DNA of 32,000 nt, taken from NCBI GenBank assembly GCA_030668875.1, contig DAOVER010000014.1, positions 30,001 through 62,000 on the forward strand. The letters are read 5' to 3'. Under the pieces are notes generated by a model that was given only the letters and a program-made list of their open reading frames with translations, was not told the DNA's origin and did not search any database. A program made the translations under genes and the position numbers. Source of the stretch: Candidatus Heimdallarchaeota archaeon. GTDB lineage: Archaea; Asgardarchaeota; Heimdallarchaeia; Heimdallarchaeales; Heimdallarchaeaceae. Positions 25,862 through 32,000 of the stretch are shown piece by piece (within the stretch, counting starts at the first letter, position 1; every line of letters starts with the position of its first letter).

Positions 25862-28555
25862 TTAATCTTCCCCCCCTTCAGCTTCATCTGGATGCGTTTC
25901 TAAGATTTTGTTTACGATAATAGAAACATTTACAGCTTTACCGTGATCGCTTTTAGCTGGATCAACATTATCCTCTCCGTACAAGAATTGTACAATCTCA
26001 CCTGTAGCGTTTCGAACAGTTTTATCATAACTTGATGATATGTCTTGTAGAGCATTTACCAATCTTCTTTGCATATATCCGCTCTGGGATGTACGAACAG
26101 CTGTATCAACTAACCCTTCTCTTCCACCTGCAGCGTGCATAAAGAATTCAATTGGATTCAAACCACTTCTGAAACTACTATCAACAAAACCATGCGCCTC
26201 AGCAGAAAGATCTCCTCGCTTAAAGAAAGGAAGAACTCTATCTCTATAACCACGTTGGATTCTTTGACCTCGGACAGCTTGTTGTCCAACACAAGAACTC
26301 ATTTGTCCAAGATTTAACATATTCCCTCTAGCTCCAGTTTTTGCCATGATTAAGGCCTCATTTTCGGGATTAAGATAGTTTGCTCCTATGTCCGAAGCAT
26401 CAGTTCTCGCTTTTGCTAAAATTTCCATTATTCTTGCTTCTAATGTTTCTTCTTCAGTACGACCTGCTTGTCGTTCAAGAGTCCCATCATCATATTTTTT
26501 GATAATATTTTGAACATCCTTCTTTGCCTTTCCTAGAATTTCATCAATCTTCTTTTCAGCTTCTCTTGGAAGGTTAATGTCACTACCACTCAAACTGAAC
26601 CCTCTAAGTGTAATATTTGTGATTAACATTCGAGTAACACTGTCAAGAAAACCTCTAGTAACGTCCGCACCATACTCTTTCAGTATTCTATGAAGAACAC
26701 TATCTGGTACTTCTGCTCCGAAGGCTTTTTTATCAATAATACCGGAAACTAAAACTCCATCTCTAATAAGAATATAGCCCTCTATTTCACATTTTGTCTT
26801 CTTACATGTTTCACGCTTTTCACAGAGATTATTGTACATTGTGAAGTTAAACGTATCTGGAAGAAGAGCACTGAACAGAGTTTTTCCACTCCATAATTGT
26901 TCACCATTTTTACCCTTTAAGTCCGGTTTAGGAAGTTCTTCTAGTCCTGCAGCAGTAAGCAACTGTGCTGCTTCACTCTTAGAATATTTAGCATCTTTTC
27001 GGGTTAGGTAGTATCCACTTGTGATAAAATCTTGAATGGCTCCAATAATTGGCCCTCCATATCTTGGGGTGCTAATTTGTTCTTGAACCCTCATCAAGAT
27101 ACGCGCCTCAGCTTGAGCTTCTTCACTTTGTGGAACATGAAGATTCATCTCATCTCCGTCAAAATCTGCATTATATGGTCTGCATACTGGAAGAGTTAAT
27201 CTGAAGGTTTTATATGGAACAACCTTCACTTCATGAGCCATAATACTCATTCTATGCAGACTTGGTTGTCTATTAAAAAGAACAACGTCTCCATTTCGTA
27301 AATGTCTTTCAATTATGAATTCAGGTTGAAGAGAATCGGCAACAGCTTGTAAGTTTCTTGCATATCGTAAGTCAACTCTTCGTCCATCGGGACGAATTAT
27401 GTAATTTACGCCGGGGAATGTACGAGGCCCCTTCATTACAAGTTCTTTCATTTCTTCAATATTCCATTCTGTTACTCTTTCAGGAACAGTTAATATTTCT
27501 GCTATGTCTCTAGGGACCCCTACTTCATTAATGCTAAGCAAAGGATCGGGGCTGATAACCGTTCTCGCACTGAAATCTACTCTTTTTCCGCTAAGGTTAG
27601 CTCTAAACCTCCCTTCTTTACCTTTCAATCTCTGTGTGATTGTTCTCAATGCTCTACCACTTCTATGTCTTGCAGGAGGAATACCGCTAATTTCATTATC
27701 AAAATAAGTACTTACGTGATATTGCAATAATTCCCATAAATCTTCTACAATAAGTTGTGGAGCACCGGCTTCACGGTTCTCTAATAATCGTTGGTTAATT
27801 CTAATAATATCCACAAGTTTGTGAGTTAAATCGTCTTCAGATCTAATACCATTCTCGAGGGTAATGCTTGGCCTGACACTTACTGGAGGCACTGGTAAAA
27901 CCCAGAGTATTGTCCATTCTGGTCTTGCAACGCTTGGTTTAATACCCAACAGTCTGCAATCTTCGTTTGAAATATCCTTAAACCAACTATGAATGTCAAG
28001 TGGAGATAATTTATTTGTTTGTTTTTGACCTGTTTCCGTTTCGATTTCTTCGAAATAAGTTGTAGGTTTTTCAAGCCTAATTTTATTCTGAGGTTCACTG
28101 CAATAAGGACACTCAGCTTTCTTTGCTGCTTTTTTCAAGATTTCCTCTACTAAATCATAATCAGGTACTCCCCATTGTTCTTCGTATTCATTCATCTTTG
28201 CAGTAATTTCTTTAATTTCTTCTGGGTCAAGTAAAATTCTGTGACATGACCGACATGTTGCACGTAGAACTTTGTAAAGGAGTTTATTAAAACCAACATG
28301 AATAACAGGTCGAGATAACTCTATGTGACCAAAATGACCAGGACATCCTCCTACTCTAGCTCCACAAGTCTTACACCTCTGGCCAGGATCAATAGTACCT
28401 AAAAGACCATCCATTAAACCGGAGGTAACAGGAGTCCCATCTGCATCGTAAGTGTCAGGAGTAATAATACGTTCAACCGATAATTTTCTAATAGTATCTG
28501 GATCAAGAAGACCAAACCGGATTCCAGATATTGACTTATAGCTTTCTGAGCTCAT
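25862..28555 (-). CDS. rpoA1: DNA-directed RNA polymerase subunit A' (Rpo1N)
   Basis: CKTC…CPGHFGHI zinc site, GKRVDFSAR, NRQPSLH, catalytic YNADFDGDEMN, bridge helix GREGLVDTAVRTSQSGY. Confidence 0.98.
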   Translation of the reverse strand: MSSESYKSISGIRFGLLDPDTIRKLSVERIITPDTYDADGTPVTSGLMDGLLGTIDPGQRCKTCGARVGGCPGHFGHIELSRPVIHVGFNKLLYKVLRATCRSCHRILLDPEEIKEITAKMNEYEEQWGVPDYDLVEEILKKAAKKAECPYCSEPQNKIRLEKPTTYFEEIETETGQKQTNKLSPLDIHSWFKDISNEDCRLLGIKPSVARPEWTILWVLPVPPVSVRPSITLENGIRSEDDLTHKLVDIIRINQRLLENREAGAPQLIVEDLWELLQYHVSTYFDNEISGIPPARHRSGRALRTITQRLKGKEGRFRANLSGKRVDFSARTVISPDPLLSINEVGVPRDIAEILTVPERVTEWNIEEMKELVMKGPRTFPGVNYIIRPDGRRVDLRYARNLQAVADSLQPEFIIERHLRNGDVVLFNRQPSLHRMSIMAHEVKVVPYKTFRLTLPVCRPYNADFDGDEMNLHVPQSEEAQAEARILMRVQEQISTPRYGGPIIGAIQDFITSGYYLTRKDAKYSKSEAAQLLTAAGLEELPKPDLKGKNGEQLWSGKTLFSALLPDTFNFTMYNNLCEKRETCKKTKCEIEGYILIRDGVLVSGIIDKKAFGAEVPDSVLHRILKEYGADVTRGFLDSVTRMLITNITLRGFSLSGSDINLPREAEKKIDEILGKAKKDVQNIIKKYDDGTLERQAGRTEEETLEARIMEILAKARTDASDIGANYLNPENEALIMAKTGARGNMLNLGQMSSCVGQQAVRGQRIQRGYRDRVLPFFKRGDLSAEAHGFVDSSFRSGLNPIEFFMHAAGGREGLVDTAVRTSQSGYMQRRLVNALQDISSSYDKTVRNATGEIVQFLYGEDNVDPAKSDHGKAVNVSIIVNKILETHPDEAEGGED

Positions 28556-28782
28556 TTTTAATCTCCAAAAACCTTTGAATCTCTACACTAATTTAACATA
28601 ATGTAGCTAACCTTATTTCTCTCCCTTAGCGATTTGATAAAAATCTTTTGATTCTCAACCAGTTGTGAAAATCTAACTCATTTTTGGTTATAATTGATTT
28701 TGTTCAATTAGCATAGAAAGATTCGGTAACTACTTAGAATTTATTAAGCGTTTTTAGAATCGTACGAATGTAAGTGGAAAAA

Positions 28783-29736
28783 ATGAGTTTGAATAAAGTA
28801 AAATCAAAAAAAATCGATGGCAAATTATTTGCGCAAGAGTATTTGGATAAAGTGTTAAAACCACGTTGTGAAACATTTGCTGATACTTATAAAAAACTAC
28901 CAAAGTTATCAACTATACTAGTTGGAGAGAGTCTTGCTTCAGAATCGTATCTCAAACTTAAGGAAAAATTTTTTGCTAAACTATGTGTTGAATCAGAAGT
29001 ATTTCGTTTACCTGAAAAAACTACCGAAGAAGAACTCTTAGCATTTATCGATAAGCAAAATCATGATGATCAAATAGATGGGATATTAGTTCAAGTACCT
29101 TTTCCTTCACACATTGATGAAGATACAATCAGTGAAAGCATTGCACCAAGTAAGGATGTTGAAGGTCTATCTCCAGGTAATGTACATGCTTGGACTAAAG
29201 CTCTATCAAACTTAGTTCCACCCACAGCTTTAGGAGTTTTAGCCCTGTTAAAATTCTATAAAATTCAAATTGAAGGTAAGCACGTAGTAATTGTTGGCAG
29301 AAGCATGATTGTAGGCAAACCAGTTGCACATCTTTTACTTAAGGAAAATGCGACAGTTACATTGTGTCATTCAAGATCAAAACCTCTTGAGGAGTATACA
29401 AAGCAAGCAGATATACTTATTGCAGCAGTAGGGCGTCCTCATTTAATTAAGAAAGGCATGATAAAGGATGGGGCCATTGTAGTGGATGTAGGAATAAATT
29501 TTGAAAATTGTAAAATAATGGGTGATGTGGATTATGATGATCTTTCTGAGACAGCAAGTTATATTTCTCCAGTTCCTGGGGGTAGTGGTCCAGCAACTGT
29601 TTGTATGTTAGCTAGTAATCTATTGCTTGCTTTTGAGCTAAAACATATTAAGAAAAACGAAGAGAGACTAGACTGTTTAAGAGATTATTATACAAATTAT
29701 GATACCATAGGTGAGACAGGTTTCTGTCTAGAATAA
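28783..29736 (+). CDS. folD: bifunctional methylene-THF dehydrogenase/methenyl-THF cyclohydrolase FolD
   Basis: YxxxK (YLKLK), DGILVQVP, KDVEG, VVIVGRSMIVGKP, VVDVGIN, SPVPGGSGP. Confidence 0.92.
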   Translation: MSLNKVKSKKIDGKLFAQEYLDKVLKPRCETFADTYKKLPKLSTILVGESLASESYLKLKEKFFAKLCVESEVFRLPEKTTEEELLAFIDKQNHDDQIDGILVQVPFPSHIDEDTISESIAPSKDVEGLSPGNVHAWTKALSNLVPPTALGVLALLKFYKIQIEGKHVVIVGRSMIVGKPVAHLLLKENATVTLCHSRSKPLEEYTKQADILIAAVGRPHLIKKGMIKDGAIVVDVGINFENCKIMGDVDYDDLSETASYISPVPGGSGPATVCMLASNLLLAFELKHIKKNEERLDCLRDYYTNYDTIGETGFCLE

Positions 29737-29806
29737 CTAGCAGATTCCATTGCTGCTTATCCTTTTTTCAGAGATAAAATTAATAGTTAAGATCATATAT
29801 GTAAAG

Positions 29807-30157
29807 ATGATGAGTGATATAACCGAATCAAAATCCTTTGAGATTGAAGAAAGGAAATTTGGATTAACTTTGACTTCTTTTGAAAATGCTATAGCTTTGT
29901 ACATCTACGAGGAGACTCCGCGGATAGGAACTTTTGGTGTTTCAGTCCCCGGTACTTCCATAATGCCTGCTTCAACACTTTACATTACTGGAGCAAAGAA
30001 TGAACATTATGCAAAAATGATGGGCGAAAGATTTGCTACAAAGCTTCAGAAATTAGTTCTAATCTCATTGAGCGTGAAAGATATTGATAATGAATTAATC
30101 ATAGAATTTATGCAGAAAATTGAAACAACTTTTTTCGATAAAAAAAATGAAAATTAA
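29807..30157 (+). CDS. PAC4 (PSMG4)-like proteasome assembly chaperone, putative
   Basis: About 115-aa protein with LTSFENAIALYI, RIGTFGVSVP, STLYITG, AKMMGERFATKLQKLVLISLS. The order of strands and helix resembles PAC4. Recognised by eye. Confidence 0.6.
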   Translation: MMSDITESKSFEIEERKFGLTLTSFENAIALYIYEETPRIGTFGVSVPGTSIMPASTLYITGAKNEHYAKMMGERFATKLQKLVLISLSVKDIDNELIIEFMQKIETTFFDKKNEN

Positions 30158-30205
30158 ATATTTGATTAAATTGAAAAAATGGAAGAGAGGGTAATATTTT
30201 GATGA

Positions 30206-31534
30206 TTATTTCAAAATTGATAACCCTGGATAGAGTGGAAACTGTTTTGTAAGTTCAAGAATATTCTCCCTAACTTTTTCGCTTACTTCTGCGTCACCCT
30301 TCGATTTAATGACCTTTTTTATGCCTTCTGCAATTACTTTCATTTCTGATTCTTTCATTCCTCTTGATGTTATTGCAGGTGTCCCTAGTCTAAGTCCTGA
30401 TGGATGGAAGGGACTTGAGGGCTCATATGGGACAGTGTTTTTGTTAACTGTTATACCTGCTTCATCCAAAGCATTTTGAATTGGTCCACCTTTACCAGTT
30501 AAATCTTCAGGACGCAAATCAATGAGGATCAGATGGTTGTCAGTTCCATTTGTAACTAGTTTTATATCAAGAGCCATTAATTCATCAGCCAAAGCCTTAG
30601 CATTCTTGACAATTTGTTTTGCGTAATCCTTAAACTCTGGTTTAAGTGCTTCAGCAAATGCAACAGCTCGTGCAGCAGTAGAATGGTCGTGTGGTCCTCC
30701 TTGTAGTCCAGGAAATACCGCAGAATCTATTAATCTTGCTAAACTAAATGGTTCTCCGGTTTTTGTTTTTTTCTCGGGATGGTGAATCTCATGTAATCTA
30801 TCTTCCATTTTGCTCATTATAATGGCACCACGGGGACCTCTAAGACTTTTATGAGTTGTAGTTGTTATAACATCAGCATAAGGAACAGGACTTGAATGAG
30901 CTCCACCTACAACCAGACCAGAAATGTGTGAAATGTCTGCAAGTTGATAAGCATCAACTTCTTCTGCAATTTCTTGAAATGCTTTGAAATCTATTTTTCT
31001 AGGATATGCGGTTAAACCCGATACGATCATTTCTGGCTTCTCCTTTTTAGCTAACTCGTGAATAACAGCCATATCTAACATTTCTGTCTTTTTATCAACA
31101 TCATAGCTAATGCAAACGTAATTTTTACCTGAGAAGTTTACCCGACTTCCGTGAGTAAGATGGCCTCCCGATGTAAGACTGAAACCTAGAAATTTATCTT
31201 TAAGGTTAAGCAAAGCAAAGAAAACTGCTTGATTCGCTGGGGAACCAGAATAGGGTTGAACATTAACATGCTCACAACCAAAAAGTTTCTTGGCGCGTTC
31301 TATAGCCAATATTTCAACTTCATCAACAATTTCATTTCCACCATAATATCTTTTCTTGGGGTAACCTTCAGAGTATTTATTTGTTAAAACACTACCCATG
31401 GTTTGAAGAACAGATCGATAGGTATAATTTTCAGAAGGAATAAGTTCAATGCCTTCTTCTTGACGTTTTAATTCTCTCAGAAGCATATCAGCAACTTCTG
31501 GGTCGGAATTAGCTAAATCATTCATTAAATTCAT
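30206..31534 (-). CDS. glyA: serine hydroxymethyltransferase, bacterial-type (THF-dependent)
   Basis: ELIPSENY, NKYSEGYPKKRYYGG, NVQPYSGSPAN, GGHLTHG, PLP lysine in TTTHKSLRGPRG, FPGLQGGP, SGLRLGTPAITSRG. Confidence 0.96.
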   Translation of the reverse strand: MNLMNDLANSDPEVADMLLRELKRQEEGIELIPSENYTYRSVLQTMGSVLTNKYSEGYPKKRYYGGNEIVDEVEILAIERAKKLFGCEHVNVQPYSGSPANQAVFFALLNLKDKFLGFSLTSGGHLTHGSRVNFSGKNYVCISYDVDKKTEMLDMAVIHELAKKEKPEMIVSGLTAYPRKIDFKAFQEIAEEVDAYQLADISHISGLVVGGAHSSPVPYADVITTTTHKSLRGPRGAIIMSKMEDRLHEIHHPEKKTKTGEPFSLARLIDSAVFPGLQGGPHDHSTAARAVAFAEALKPEFKDYAKQIVKNAKALADELMALDIKLVTNGTDNHLILIDLRPEDLTGKGGPIQNALDEAGITVNKNTVPYEPSSPFHPSGLRLGTPAITSRGMKESEMKVIAEGIKKVIKSKGDAEVSEKVRENILELTKQFPLYPGLSILK

Positions 31535-31725
31535 ATGTAATCCTCAGAAGAATACAAACTGTTTTCTTTAAATGTTTTTTCAATCGCACTATTGTACAAA
31601 AATGTAATTTGCAATGTCTTACCACGTACAAAATAATAAGTGTGGTAAGATTTTATTATTTCCAACGCGGCTTCAAAAAAGAAGTTTCTTTAGAAACAAA
31701 AATAAGATTTAGAGAAAGTCACTAA

Positions 31726-32000
31726 TCAAAAAGGTATGACTCTTTCATATCCCGCTTTATCCTTCTTCTTTGTTGCATCAACTATTATCTTGATTGAAGT
31801 GTTATCCTCTCTATTTCGTGAAGGATCAAGAGAAGAACCTCTCACATTTTCAAGTATAGTGATGTCATTAGATCCAGCTCTAGTAATCCTTGCCCATTCA
31901 ACAGCTGAACTATTACTTGTGTCTATATCTTCATCTACAACTGTACACCATTTCAGTGAAGGATGTGCTTCAAAAGCTGTCAAACCTACTTTTTTAGCAT
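31726..32000 (-). CDS. UbiD-family (prFMN-dependent) decarboxylase, C-terminal part only
   Basis: AFEAHPSLKWCTVVDEDID, VEWA, GSSLDPS, KIIVDATK. The frame is open to the window edge (…AKKVGLTAFEA). Confidence 0.88.
   Translation of the reverse strand, partial: AKKVGLTAFEAHPSLKWCTVVDEDIDTSNSSAVEWARITRAGSNDITILENVRGSSLDPSRNREDNTSIKIIVDATKKKDKAGYERVIPF

Noticed and set aside
411-28098. Numerous 60-140 aa ORFs antisense to or overlapping core genes (for example 411-593, 1100-1291, 3258-3506, 10325-10741, 15195-15506, 21580-21810, 27504-27707)
   Set aside because: Shadow ORFs of well-supported genes or tRNAs, with no motifs or SD support.

Overview
AT-rich archaeal chromosome segment. The Asgard/Heimdallarchaeia-like assignment is inferred from gene content and protein style, not from a database search. 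Most of the window is informational core: rfcS, truA, cdc6/orc1 with a winged-helix gene, rpoD-rpl18e-rpl13-rps9-rtcA, rpl3-rpl4-rpl23-rpl2, a PAC2 chaperone, a Nog1 GTPase, trpS, aIF5A, rps12, rpoA1, and rpoA2 with a 526-aa LAGLIDADG intein. There are four tRNA genes (Glu-CTC, Leu-GAG, Arg-CCG with a 15-nt intron, Ala-CGC), all with encoded CCA. Metabolic genes are an ADP-dependent sugar kinase, folD, a bacterial-type glyA and a partial UbiD-family decarboxylase. An accessory block at about 16.0-21.5 kb holds an orphan protein with a C-terminal nuclease-like fold, an unannotated 23-codon peptide ORF (MMKQVYDPEPGDDDIGPPLWFPN) with a well-spaced SD, a ~530-codon helical-repeat gene broken by one frameshift and one in-frame TAA, a small hydrophobic ORF, and a SAMHD1-like HD hydrolase. 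Other notable items are an orphan Flp-like pilin, a PAC4-like gene, in-frame abutting rpoA1/rpoA2 (TAA-ATG), several broken canonical operons and an interleaved double inverted repeat upstream of glyA. No CRISPR array, rRNA, transposase or integrase was found.
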